Source of the DNA: a virus
Lineage: Duplodnaviria > Heunggongvirae > Uroviricota > Caudoviricetes
Direction: 5' to 3' (one strand)
Virus record (IMG/VR): IMGVR_UViG_2778261270_000003
DNA: 30,023 nucleotides
Shown here: positions 21,375 through 30,023 of the stretch, piece by piece
Layout of the letters: the number at the start of each line of letters is the position of its first letter
Position numbering within the stretch: position 1 is the first letter of the stretch
Notes under the pieces: model-generated
Told to the model about the DNA's origin: nothing
The model's input: the letters and a program-made list of their open reading frames with translations, nothing else
The model's database searches: none
Position numbers and translations under genes: made by a program

Positions 21375-22400
21375 ATGTCGATGTACACAACCGCCCAGCT
21401 GCTGGCGGCAAATGAGCAGAAATTTAAGTTTGATCCGCTGTTTCTGCGTCTCTTTTTCCGTGAGAGCTATCCCTTCACCACGGAGAAAGTCTATCTCTCA
21501 CAAATTCCGGGACTGGTAAACATGGCGCTGTACGTTTCGCCGATTGTTTCCGGTGAGGTTATCCGTTCCCGTGGCGGCTCCACCTCTGAATTTACGCCGG
21601 GATATGTCAAACCCAAGCATGAGGTGAATCCGCAGATGACCCTGCGTCGCCTGCCGGATGAAGATCCGCAGAATCTGGCGGACCCGGCTTACCGCCGCCG
21701 TCGCATCATCATGCAGAACATGCGAGACGAAGAGCTGGCCATTGCTCAGGTCGAAGAGATGCAGGCAGTTTCTGCTGTGCTTAAGGGCAAATACACCATG
21801 ACCGGTGAAGCCTTCGATCCGGTTGAGGTGGATATGGGCCGCAGTGCGGCGAACAACATCACACAGTCCGGTGGTACGGAGTGGAGCAAGCGTGACAAGT
21901 CCACGTATGACCCGACCGACGATATCGAAGCCTATGCGCTGAACGCCAGCGGCGTGGTGAATATCATCGTGTTTGATCCGAAAGGCTGGGCGCTGTTCCG
22001 TTCCTTCAAAGCCGTCAAGGAGAAGCTGGATACCCGTCGCGGCTCTAATTCCGAGCTGGAGACAGCGGTAAAAGACCTGGGCGAAGCGGTGTCCTATAAG
22101 GGGATGTATGGCGATACGGCGATCGTCGTGTATTCCGGACAGTACGTGGAAAACGACGTCAAAAAGAACTTCCTGCCGGACAACACGATGGTGCTGGGGA
22201 ACACTCAGGCACGCGGTCTGCGCACCTATGGCTGCATTCAGGATGCGGACGCACAGCGCGAAGGTATTAACGCCTCTGCCCGCTACCCGAAAAACTGGAA
22301 GACATCCGGCGATCCGGCGCGAGAGTTCACCATGATTCAGTCAGCACCGCTGATGCTGCTGGCTGATCCTGATGAGTTCGTGTCCGTTCAACTGGCGTAA
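21375..22400 (+). CDS. E: Major capsid protein E
   Basis: 341 aa MSMYTTAQLLAANEQKFKFDPLFLRLFF... from ATG 21375; lambda gpE. Confidence 0.96.
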   Translation: MSMYTTAQLLAANEQKFKFDPLFLRLFFRESYPFTTEKVYLSQIPGLVNMALYVSPIVSGEVIRSRGGSTSEFTPGYVKPKHEVNPQMTLRRLPDEDPQNLADPAYRRRRIIMQNMRDEELAIAQVEEMQAVSAVLKGKYTMTGEAFDPVEVDMGRSAANNITQSGGTEWSKRDKSTYDPTDDIEAYALNASGVVNIIVFDPKGWALFRSFKAVKEKLDTRRGSNSELETAVKDLGEAVSYKGMYGDTAIVVYSGQYVENDVKKNFLPDNTMVLGNTQARGLRTYGCIQDADAQREGINASARYPKNWKTSGDPAREFTMIQSAPLMLLADPDEFVSVQLA

Positions 22401-22441
22401 TCATGGCCCTTCGGGGCCATTTTCTCTCTGTGGAGGAGTCC

Positions 22442-22837
22442 ATGACGAAAGATGAACTGATTGCCCGTCTCCGCTCGCTGGGTGAGCAACTGAACCGTGA
22501 TGTCAGCCTGACGGGGACGAAAGAAGAACTGGCGCTCCGTGTGGCAGAGCTGGAAGAGGAGCTTGATGACACGGATGACGCAGCCGGTCAGGACACGTCT
22601 GTCAGCCCGGAAAATGCGCTGACCGGACATGAAAATGAGGTGGTATCAGCACAGACGGATACCGTGACTGATACGGCTGCTCTGGTCACGGTTGTGGCAC
22701 TGGTGACGCTGCATACCGATGCACTTCACGCCACGCGGGATGAACCTGTGGCATTTGTGCTGCCGGGAACGGCGTTTCGTGTCTCTGCCGGTGTGGCAGC
22801 CGAAATGACAGAACGTGGCCTGGCCAGAATGCAATAA
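22442..22837 (+). CDS. FI: DNA-packaging protein FI
   Basis: 131 aa from ATG 22442 with GGAGGAG RBS; lambda gpFI position and sequence (one codon shorter than the 132 aa I recall for lambda). Confidence 0.9.
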   Translation: MTKDELIARLRSLGEQLNRDVSLTGTKEELALRVAELEEELDDTDDAAGQDTSVSPENALTGHENEVVSAQTDTVTDTAALVTVVALVTLHTDALHATRDEPVAFVLPGTAFRVSAGVAAEMTERGLARMQ

Positions 22838-22848
22838 CGGGAGGCGCT

Positions 22849-23202
22849 GTGGCTGATTTCGATAACCTGTTCGATGCTGCCATTGCCCGCGCCGATGAAA
22901 CGATACGCGGGTACATGGGAACGTCAGCCACCATGACATCCGGTGAGCAGTCCGGCGCAGTAATACGTGGTGTTTTTGATGACCCTGAAAATATCAGCTA
23001 TGCCGGACAGGGCGTGCGCGTTGAAGGCTCCAGCCCGTCCCTGTTTGTCCGGACTGATGATGTGCGGCAGCTGCGGCGTGGAGACACGCTGACCATCGGT
23101 GAGGAAAACTTCTGGGTGGACCGGATTTCGCCGGATGATGGCGGAAGCTGTCATCTCTGGCTTGGGCGTGGCGTGCCGCCTGCCGTTAACCGTCGCCGCT
23201 GA
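22849..23202 (+). CDS. FII: Head-tail connector protein FII (GTG start)
   Basis: 117 aa (M)ADFDNLFDAAIARADETIRGYMG...; lambda gpFII. Confidence 0.93.
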   Translation: MADFDNLFDAAIARADETIRGYMGTSATMTSGEQSGAVIRGVFDDPENISYAGQGVRVEGSSPSLFVRTDDVRQLRRGDTLTIGEENFWVDRISPDDGGSCHLWLGRGVPPAVNRRR

Positions 23203-23213
23203 AAGGGGGATGT

Positions 23214-23792
23214 ATGGCCATAAAAGGTCTTGAGCAGGCCGTTGAAAACCTCAGCCGTATCAGCAAAACGGCGGTGCCTGGTGCCGCCGCAATGGCCATT
23301 AACCGCGTTGCGTCATCCGCGATATCGCAGTCTGCGTCACAGGTTGCCCGTGAGACAAAGGTACGCCGGAAACTGGTAAAGGAAAGGGCCAGGCTGAAAA
23401 GGGCCACGGTCAAAAATCCGCAGGCCAGAATCAGGGTTAACCGGGGGGATTTGCCCGTAATCAAGCTGGGTAACGCGCGGGTTGTCCTTTCCCGCCGCAG
23501 ACGTCGTAAAAAGGGGCAGCGTTCATCCCTGAAAGGTGGCGGCAGCGTGCTTGTGGTGGGAAACCGTCGTATTCCCGGCGCGTTTATTCAGCAACTGAAA
23601 AATGGCCGGTGGCATGTCATGCAGCGTGTGGCCGGGAAAAACCGTTACCCCATTGATGTGGTGAAAATCCCGATGGCGGTGCCGCTTACCACGGCGTTTA
23701 AACAGAATATTGAACGGATACGGCGTGAACGTCTTCCGAAAGAGCTGGGCTATGCGCTGCAGCATCAACTGAGAATGGTAATAAAGCGATGA
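23214..23792 (+). CDS. Z: Tail completion protein Z
   Basis: 192 aa; lambda gpZ size, position and sequence. Confidence 0.93.
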   Translation: MAIKGLEQAVENLSRISKTAVPGAAAMAINRVASSAISQSASQVARETKVRRKLVKERARLKRATVKNPQARIRVNRGDLPVIKLGNARVVLSRRRRRKKGQRSSLKGGGSVLVVGNRRIPGAFIQQLKNGRWHVMQRVAGKNRYPIDVVKIPMAVPLTTAFKQNIERIRRERLPKELGYALQHQLRMVIKR

Positions 23793-24184
23793 AACATACT
23801 GAACTCCGTGCAGCCGTACTGGATGCACTGGAGAAGCATGACACCGGGGCGACGTTTTTTGATGGTCGCCCCGCTGTTTTTGATGAGGCGGATTTTCCGG
23901 CAATTGCCGTTTATCTCACCGGCGCTGAATACACGGGCGAAGAGCTGGACAGTGATACCTGGCAGGCGGAGCTGCATATTGAAGTTTTCCTGCCTGCTCA
24001 GGTGCCGGATTCAGAGCTGGATTCGTGGATGGAGTCCCGGATTTATCCGGTGATGAGCGATGTCCCGGCACTGTCAGATTTGATCACCAGTATGGTGGCC
24101 AGTGGCTATGACTACCGGCGCGACGATGATGCGGGCCTGTGGAGTTCAGCCGATCTGACTTATGTCATTACCTATGAAATGTGA
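23789..24184 (+). CDS. U: Tail terminator protein U
   Basis: 131 aa [26 protein letters not shown]...; lambda gpU. Confidence 0.95.
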   Translation: MKHTELRAAVLDALEKHDTGATFFDGRPAVFDEADFPAIAVYLTGAEYTGEELDSDTWQAELHIEVFLPAQVPDSELDSWMESRIYPVMSDVPALSDLITSMVASGYDYRRDDDAGLWSSADLTYVITYEM

Positions 24185-24191
24185 GGACGAT

Positions 24192-24932
24192 ATGCCTGTA
24201 CCAAATCCAGTAATGCCGGTGAAAGGGGCCGGGACCACACTGTGGGTTTATAAGGGGAACGGTGACCCTTATGCGAACCCGCTTTCAGACGTTGACTGGT
24301 CGCGTCTGGCTAAAGTTAAAGACCTGACGCCCGGCGAACTGACCGCTGAGTCCTATGACGACAGCTATCTCGATGATGAAGATGCGGACTGGACTGCGAC
24401 CGGGCAGGGGCAGAAATCTGCCGGAGATACCAGCTTCACGCTGGCGTGGATGCCCGGAGAGCAGGGGCAGCAGGCGCTGCTGGCGTGGTTTAATGAAGGG
24501 GATACCCGTGCCTATAAAATCCGCTTCCCGAACGGCACGGTCGATGTGTTCCGCGGCTGGGTCAGCAGTATCGGTAAGGCGGTGACGGCGAAGGAAGTGA
24601 TCACCCGCACGGTGAAAGTCACCAACGTGGGACGTCCGTCGATGGCAGAAGATCGCAGCACGGTAACAGCGGCAACCGGCATGACCGTGACGCCTGCCAG
24701 CACTTCGGTGGTGAAAGGGCAGAGCACCACGCTGACCGTGGCATTCCAGCCGGAAGGCGCAACCGACAAGAGCTTCCGTGCGGTGTCTGCGGATAAAACA
24801 AAAGCCACCGTGTCGGTCAGTGGTATGACCATCACCGTGAAAGGTGTTGCTGCAGGCAAGGTCAACATTCCGGTTGTATCCGGTAATGGTGAACTTGCTG
24901 TGGTTGCAGAAATCACCGTCACCGACAGTTAA
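24192..24932 (+). CDS. V: Major tail tube protein V
   Basis: 246 aa [22 protein letters not shown]... from ATG 24192, with C-terminal Ig-like region; lambda gpV. Confidence 0.95.
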   Translation: MPVPNPVMPVKGAGTTLWVYKGNGDPYANPLSDVDWSRLAKVKDLTPGELTAESYDDSYLDDEDADWTATGQGQKSAGDTSFTLAWMPGEQGQQALLAWFNEGDTRAYKIRFPNGTVDVFRGWVSSIGKAVTAKEVITRTVKVTNVGRPSMAEDRSTVTAATGMTVTPASTSVVKGQSTTLTVAFQPEGATDKSFRAVSADKTKATVSVSGMTITVKGVAAGKVNIPVVSGNGELAVVAEITVTDS

Positions 24933-24947
24933 TCCGGAGAGTCAGCG

Positions 24948-25370
24948 ATGTTCCTGAAAACCGAATCATTTGAATATAACGGTGTGAGCGTCACGCTTTC
25001 TGAACTGTCAGCCCTGCAGCGAATTGAGCATCTCGCCCTGCTGAAACGACAGGCAGAACAGGCGGGATCCAGTCTCAATCGACAGGTGAGCGTGGAAGAT
25101 CTCGTCAGAACCGGTGCTTTTCTGGTGGCGATGTCCCTGTGGCATAGCCATCCGCAGAAGACAAAGATGCCGTCCATGAATGAAGCCGTTAAACAAATTG
25201 AGCAGGAAGTGCTTACCACCTGGCCCACAGAGGCAATTGCTCAGGCTGAAAATGTGGTAATGCGTCTGTCCGGTATGTCTGAGTTTGTTGTGAATGATGC
25301 ACCTGAACAGGCAGATGACGCCGGGCCAGCAGAGCCTGTTTCTGCGGGAAAGTGTTCGACGGTGAGCTGA
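24948..25370 (+). CDS. G: Tail assembly chaperone G
   Basis: 140 aa; lambda gpG; contains the G GGA AAG slippery heptamer near its 3' end. Confidence 0.93.
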   Translation: MFLKTESFEYNGVSVTLSELSALQRIEHLALLKRQAEQAGSSLNRQVSVEDLVRTGAFLVAMSLWHSHPQKTKMPSMNEAVKQIEQEVLTTWPTEAIAQAENVVMRLSGMSEFVVNDAPEQADDAGPAEPVSAGKCSTVS

Positions 25371-25786
25371 GTTTTGCCCTGAAACTGGCGCGTGAGATGG
25401 GGCGACCCGACTGGCGCGCCATGCTTGCCGGGATGTCATCCACGGAGTATGCCGACTGGCACCGCTTTTACAGTACCCATTATTTTCATGATGTTCTGCT
25501 GGATATGCACTTTTCCGGGCTGACGTACACCGTACTCAGCCTGTTTTTCAGCGATCCGGATATGCATCCGCTGGATTTCAGTCTGCTGAACCGGCGCGAG
25601 GCTGACGAAGAGCCTGAAGATGATGTGCTGATGCAGAAAGCGGCAGGGCTTGCCGGAGGCGTCCGCTTTGGCCCGGACGGGAATGAAGTTATCCCCGCTT
25701 CCCCGGATGTGGCGGACATGACGGAGGATGACGTAATGCTGATGACAGTATCAGAAGGGATCGCAGGAGGAGTCCGGTATGGCTGA
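24948..25786 (+). CDS. G-T: Tail assembly chaperone G-T fusion (programmed -1 ribosomal frameshift at 25346-25352)
   Basis: The -1 frame is open from the slippery site through 25786 (T portion, track ORF 25352-25786) and ends just after the H start, the conserved lambda G-T arrangement. Confidence 0.85.
25346..25352 (+). promoter_or_regulatory. Slippery heptanucleotide G_GGA_AAG for the G-T -1 frameshift
   Basis: The exact heptamer GGGAAAG sits in the G frame as G GGA AAG, 18 nt before the G stop codon. Confidence 0.85.
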
Positions 25787-28340
25787 ACCGGTAGGCGATC
25801 TGGTCGTTGATTTGAGTCTGGATGCGGCCAGATTTGACGAGCAGATGGCCAGAGTCAGGCGTCATTTTTCCGGTACGGAAAGTGATGCGAAAAAAACAGC
25901 GGCAGTCGTTGAACAGTCGATGAACCGGCAGGCGCTGGCTGCACAGAAAGCGGGAATTTCCGTCGGGCAGTATAAAGCCGCCATGCGTATGCTGCCTGCG
26001 CAGTTCACTGACGTGGCCACGCAGCTTGCAGGCGGGCAAAGTCCGTGGCTGATCCTGCTGCAACAGGGGGGTCAGGTGAAGGACTCCTTCGGCGGGATGA
26101 TCCCCATGTTCCGGGGGCTTGCCGGTGCGATCACCCTGCCGATGGTGGGGGCTACCTCGCTGGCGGTGGCGACCGGAGCGCTGGCGTATGCCTGGTATCA
26201 GGGCAACTCAACCCTGTCCGATTTCAACAAAACGCTGGTCCTTTCCGGCAATCAGGCGGGACTGACGGCAGATCGTATGCTGGTCCTGTCCAGAGCCGGG
26301 CAGGCGGCAGGGCTGACGTTTAACCAGACCAGCGAGTCACTCAGCGCACTGGTTAAGGCGGGGGTAAGCGGTGAGGCTCAGATTGCGTCCATCAGCCAGA
26401 GTGTGGCGCGTTTCTCCTCTGCATCCGGCGTGGAGGTGGACAAGGTCGCTGAAGCCTTCGGGAAGCTGACCACAGACCCGACGTCGGGGCTGACGGCGAT
26501 GGCACGCCAGTTCCATAACGTGACGGCGGAGCAGATTGCGTATGTTGCTCAGTTGCAGCGTTCCGGCGATGAAGCCGGGGCATTGCAGGCGGCGAACGAG
26601 GCCGCAACGAAAGGGTTTGATGACCAGACCCGACGCTTGAAAGAGAACATGGGCACGCTGGAAACCTGGGCAGACAGGACAGCACGGGCATTCAAATCCA
26701 TGTGGGATGCGGTGCTGGATATTGGTCGTCCTGATACCGCGCAGGAGATGCTGATTAAGGCAGAGGCCGCGTTTAAGAAAGCAGACGACATCTGGAATCT
26801 GCGCAAGGATGATTATTTTGTTAACGATGAAGCGCGGGCGCGTTACTGGGATGATCGTGAAAAGGCCCGTCTTGCGCTTGAAGCCGCCCGAAAGAAGGCT
26901 GAGCAGCAGACTCAACAGGACAAAAATGCGCAGCAGCAGAGCGATACCGAAGCGTCACGGCTGAAATATACCGAAGAGGCGCAGAAGGCTTACGAACGGC
27001 TGCAGACGCCGCTGGAGAAATATACCGCCCGTCAGGAAGAACTGAACAAGGCACTGAAAGACGGGAAAATCCTGCAGGCGGATTACAACACGCTGATGGC
27101 GGCGGCGAAAAAGGATTATGAAGCGACGCTGAAAAAGCCGAAACAGTCCGGCGTGAAGGTGTCTGCGGGCGATCGTCAGGAAGACAGTGCTCATGCTGCC
27201 CTGCTGACGCTTCAGGCAGAACTCCGGACGCTGGAGAAGCATGCCGGAGCGAATGAGAAAATCAGCCAGCAGCGCCGGGATTTGTGGAAGGCGGAGAGTC
27301 AGTTCGCGGTACTGGAGGAGGCGGCGCAACGTCGCCAGCTGTCTGCACAGGAGAAATCCCTGCTGGCGCATAAAGATGAGACGCTGGAGTACAAACGCCA
27401 GCTGGCTGCACTTGGTGACAAGGTTACGTATCAGGAGCGCCTGAACGCGCTGGCGCAGCAGGCGGATAAATTCGCACAGCAGCAACGGGCAAAACGGGCC
27501 GCCATTGATGCGAAAAACCGGGGGCTGACTGACCGGCAGGCAGCGCGGGAAGCCACAGAACAGCGCCTGAAGGAACAGTATGGCGATAATCCTCTGGCGC
27601 TGAATAACGTCATGTCAGAGCAGAAAAAGACCTGGGCGGCTGAAGACCAGCTTCGCGGGAGCTGGATGGCAGGCCTGAAGTCCAGCTGGAGTGAGTGGGA
27701 AGAGAGCGCCACGGACAGTATGTCGCAGGTTAAAAGTGCAGCCACGCAGACCTTTGATGGTATTGCGCAGAATATGGCGGCGATGCTGACCGGCAGTGAG
27801 CAGAACTGGCGCAGCTTCACCCGTTCCGTGCTGTCCATGATGACAGAAATTCTGCTTAAGCAGGCAATGGTGGGGATTGTCGGGAGTATCGGCAGCGCCA
27901 TTGGCGGTGCTGCCAGTGGTGGAGCATCAGCGTCAGGCGGTACAGCCATTCAGGCAGCTGCGGCGAAATTCCATTTTGCGACCGGGGGATTTACGGGAAC
28001 CGGCGGCAAATATGAGCCAGCGGGGATTGTTCATCGTGGTGAATTTGTCTTCACGAAGGAGGCAACCAGCCGGATTGGTGTCGGCAACCTGTACCGCCTG
28101 ATGCGGGGCTATGCGGAAGGTGGTTATGTGGGCGGTGCCGGAAGTCCGGCGCAGATGCGGCGGGCTGAAGGCATTAATTTTAATCAGAACAACAACGTGG
28201 TGATTCAGAACGACGGTACGAATGGTCTGCCAGGTCCACAGATGATGAAGGCAGTGTATGACATGGCCCGCAAGGGGGCCCGTGATGAAATTCAGACACA
28301 GATGCGTGATGGTGGCCTGTTCTCCGGAGGTGGACGATGA
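25779..28340 (+). CDS. H: Tail tape measure protein H
   Basis: 853 aa; lambda gpH length and sequence, with coiled-coil/Ala-Gln-rich central region. Confidence 0.96.
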   Translation: MAEPVGDLVVDLSLDAARFDEQMARVRRHFSGTESDAKKTAAVVEQSMNRQALAAQKAGISVGQYKAAMRMLPAQFTDVATQLAGGQSPWLILLQQGGQVKDSFGGMIPMFRGLAGAITLPMVGATSLAVATGALAYAWYQGNSTLSDFNKTLVLSGNQAGLTADRMLVLSRAGQAAGLTFNQTSESLSALVKAGVSGEAQIASISQSVARFSSASGVEVDKVAEAFGKLTTDPTSGLTAMARQFHNVTAEQIAYVAQLQRSGDEAGALQAANEAATKGFDDQTRRLKENMGTLETWADRTARAFKSMWDAVLDIGRPDTAQEMLIKAEAAFKKADDIWNLRKDDYFVNDEARARYWDDREKARLALEAARKKAEQQTQQDKNAQQQSDTEASRLKYTEEAQKAYERLQTPLEKYTARQEELNKALKDGKILQADYNTLMAAAKKDYEATLKKPKQSGVKVSAGDRQEDSAHAALLTLQAELRTLEKHAGANEKISQQRRDLWKAESQFAVLEEAAQRRQLSAQEKSLLAHKDETLEYKRQLAALGDKVTYQERLNALAQQADKFAQQQRAKRAAIDAKNRGLTDRQAAREATEQRLKEQYGDNPLALNNVMSEQKKTWAAEDQLRGSWMAGLKSSWSEWEESATDSMSQVKSAATQTFDGIAQNMAAMLTGSEQNWRSFTRSVLSMMTEILLKQAMVGIVGSIGSAIGGAASGGASASGGTAIQAAAAKFHFATGGFTGTGGKYEPAGIVHRGEFVFTKEATSRIGVGNLYRLMRGYAEGGYVGGAGSPAQMRRAEGINFNQNNNVVIQNDGTNGLPGPQMMKAVYDMARKGARDEIQTQMRDGGLFSGGGR

Positions 28341-28666
28341 AAACCTTCCGCTGGAAAGTGAAACCCGGTATGGATGTGGCTTCGGCCCCTTCTGTAAGAA
28401 AGGTGCGCTTTGGTGATGGCTATTCCCAGCGAGCGCCTGCCGGGCTGAATGCCAACCTGAAAACGTACAGCGTGACGCTTTCTGTTCCCCGTTGGGAGGC
28501 CACGGTACTGGAGTCGTTTCTGGCTGAGCACGGGGGCTGGAAATCCTTTCTGTGGACGCCGCCTTATGAGTGGCGGCAGATAAAGGTGACCTGCTCAAAA
28601 TGGTCGTCGCGGGTCAGTATGCTGCGTGTTGAGTTCAGCGCAGAGTTTGAACAGGTGGTGAACTGA
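28337..28666 (+). CDS. M: Tail tip protein M
   Basis: 109 aa MKTFRWKVKPGMDVASAPSVRKVRFGDGYSQRAP...; lambda gpM. Confidence 0.95.
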   Translation: MKTFRWKVKPGMDVASAPSVRKVRFGDGYSQRAPAGLNANLKTYSVTLSVPRWEATVLESFLAEHGGWKSFLWTPPYEWRQIKVTCSKWSSRVSMLRVEFSAEFEQVVN

Positions 28667-29364
28667 TGCAGGATATCCGGCAGGAAACACTGAATGAATG
28701 CACCCGTGCGGAGCAGTCGGCCAGCGTGGTGCTCTGGGAAATCGACCTGACAGAGGTCGGTGGAGAACGTTATTTTTTCTGTAATGAGCAGAACGAAAAA
28801 GGTGAGCCGGTCACCTGGCAGGGGCGACAGTATCAGCCGTATCCCATTCAGGGGAGTGGTTTTGAACTGAATGGCAAAGGCACCAGTACGCGCCCCACGC
28901 TGACGGTTTCTAACCTGTACGGTATGGTCACCGGGATGGCGGAAGATCTGCAGAGTCTGGTCGGCGGAACGGTGGTCCGGCGTAAGGTTTACGCCCGTTT
29001 TCTGGATGCGGTGAACTTCGTCAACGGAAACAGTGACGCCGATCCGGAGCAGGAGGTGATCAGCCGCTGGCGCATCGAGCAGTGCAGCGAACTGAGCGCG
29101 GTGAGTGCCTCCTTTGTACTGTCCACGCCGACGGAAACGGATGGCGCTGTTTTTCCGGGACGTATCATGCTGGCCAACACCTGCACCTGGACCTATCGCG
29201 GCGATGAGTGCGGTTATCACGGTCCGGCGGTCGCGGATGAATATGACCAGCCAACGTCCGATATCACGAAGGATAAATGCAGCAAATGCCTGAGCGGTTG
29301 TAAGTTCCGCAATAACGTCGGCAACTTTGGCGGCTTCCTTTCCATTAACAAACTTTCGCAGTAA
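28666..29364 (+). CDS. L: Tail tip protein L
   Basis: 232 aa; lambda gpL, with C-terminal Cys cluster (CSKCLSGCKFRNN). Confidence 0.95.
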   Translation: MQDIRQETLNECTRAEQSASVVLWEIDLTEVGGERYFFCNEQNEKGEPVTWQGRQYQPYPIQGSGFELNGKGTSTRPTLTVSNLYGMVTGMAEDLQSLVGGTVVRRKVYARFLDAVNFVNGNSDADPEQEVISRWRIEQCSELSAVSASFVLSTPTETDGAVFPGRIMLANTCTWTYRGDECGYHGPAVADEYDQPTSDITKDKCSKCLSGCKFRNNVGNFGGFLSINKLSQ

Positions 29365-29369
29365 ATCCC

Positions 29370-30023
29370 ATGACAAAGACAGAATCAGCGATTCTGGCGC
29401 ACGCCCGGCGATGTGCGCCAGCGGAGTCGTGCGGCTTCGTGGTGAAAACGCCGGAGGGAGACAGATATCTTCCTTGCGTAAATATCTCCGGTGAGCCGGA
29501 GGCGTATTTCCGGATGTCGCCGGAGGACTGGCTGAGTGCAGAAATGCAGGGTGAGATTGTCTCGCTGGTCCACAGTCACCCCGGTGGTCTGCCCTGGCTG
29601 AGTGAGGCCGACCGGCGGCTGCAGGTACAGAGTGATTTGCCGTGGTGGCTGGTCTGCCGGAGGGCGATTCACAAGTTCCGCTGTGTGCCGCATCTTACCG
29701 GGCGGCGCTTTGAGCACGGGGTGACGGACTGTTACACGCTGTTCCGGGATGCTTACCATCTGGCGGGAATTGAGATGCCGGATTTTCATCGCGGGGATGA
29801 CTGGTGGCGTCACGGTCAGAATCTCTATCTGGATAATCTGGAGGCCACAGGGCTGTATCAGGTGCCGTTGTCCTCAGCACAACCGGGCGATGTGCTGCTG
29901 TGCTGCTTTGGTTCATCGGTGCCGAATCATGCCGCCATTTACTGTGGTGACGGCGAGCTGCTGCACCATATTCCTGAACAACTGAGCAAACGAGAGAGGT
30001 ATACCGACAAATGGCAGCGACGC
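29370..30023 (+). CDS. K: Tail tip assembly protein K (partial; runs off the 3' end of the window)
   Basis: Frame open from ATG 29370 (MTKTESAILAHARRCAPAESCGFVV...) to the window end, with a JAB/MPN-like HSHP motif (VSLVHSHPGG). An in-frame ATG at 29514 corresponds to the shorter lambda annotation I recall. Confidence 0.85.
   Translation, partial: MTKTESAILAHARRCAPAESCGFVVKTPEGDRYLPCVNISGEPEAYFRMSPEDWLSAEMQGEIVSLVHSHPGGLPWLSEADRRLQVQSDLPWWLVCRRAIHKFRCVPHLTGRRFEHGVTDCYTLFRDAYHLAGIEMPDFHRGDDWWRHGQNLYLDNLEATGLYQVPLSSAQPGDVLLCCFGSSVPNHAAIYCGDGELLHHIPEQLSKRERYTDKWQRR

Noticed and set aside
22405-22418. GGCCC-TTCG-GGGCC hairpin between E and FI as a terminator
   Set aside because: Not followed by a T-run; sits just upstream of the FI RBS and I recall the same hairpin in lambda, so it is more likely an mRNA structural element than a terminator.
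25779-28340. Repetitive Ala/Gln/Gly-rich segments in the tape measure gene as a possible repeat array or CRISPR
   Set aside because: Imperfect coding repeats within a single long ORF; no direct repeat and spacer periodicity and no cas genes.
26337-28598. Several minus-strand ORFs (172-221 aa) within the tape measure gene
   Set aside because: Antisense to the H gene; low-complexity Ala/Arg/Pro-rich translations typical of spurious frames in GC-rich coding sequence.
28564-29376. 270-aa minus-strand ORF overlapping L
   Set aside because: Antisense to the L gene; no recognisable domain.

Overview
The window is a lambdoid prophage of an E. coli-type enterobacterium, read from its integrase end. 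No searches or alignments were run; every identification below is from reading the sequence and the ORF track and from recall of known protein and phage lambda sequences.

Layout, left to right:
1. Minus strand, 20-4145: tyrosine integrase, excisionase-like gene, and a large exonuclease with a C-terminal DnaQ-like (DEDDh) domain.
2. 4146-5060: a junction region with only an orphan ORF; no repressor/cro, N, annealase or replication genes are seen anywhere between the exonuclease and Q.
3. 5060-9308: Qin-type block: flxA with a sigma-28 promoter, relB-relE-hokD toxin-antitoxin operon, rem, a DUF968/HNH-motif protein (ydfU-like) and a Q antiterminator.
4. 9309-14190: candidate late promoter and terminator, then a phage-21-type lysis cassette (pinholin, SAR endolysin, Rz with embedded Rz1) interleaved with moron genes (cspF, cspB, cspI, ynfO-like, gnsB).
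5. 14341-15042, minus strand: ydfO preceded by a small ribbon-helix-helix-like ORF, abutting cos.
6. 15242 onward: a lambda cos site and a morphogenesis module that matches lambda gene for gene (Nu1, A, W, B, C/Nu3, D, E, FI, FII, Z, U, V, G/G-T, H, M, L, K partial at the window end).

No rRNA, tRNA or CRISPR array was recognised. The most interesting points are the missing immunity/replication module, a possible relBE-to-Q read-through, and three small uncharacterised gene pairs or ORFs (92-aa ORF + HNH protein; Com-like zinc ribbon; RHH + DUF1398).
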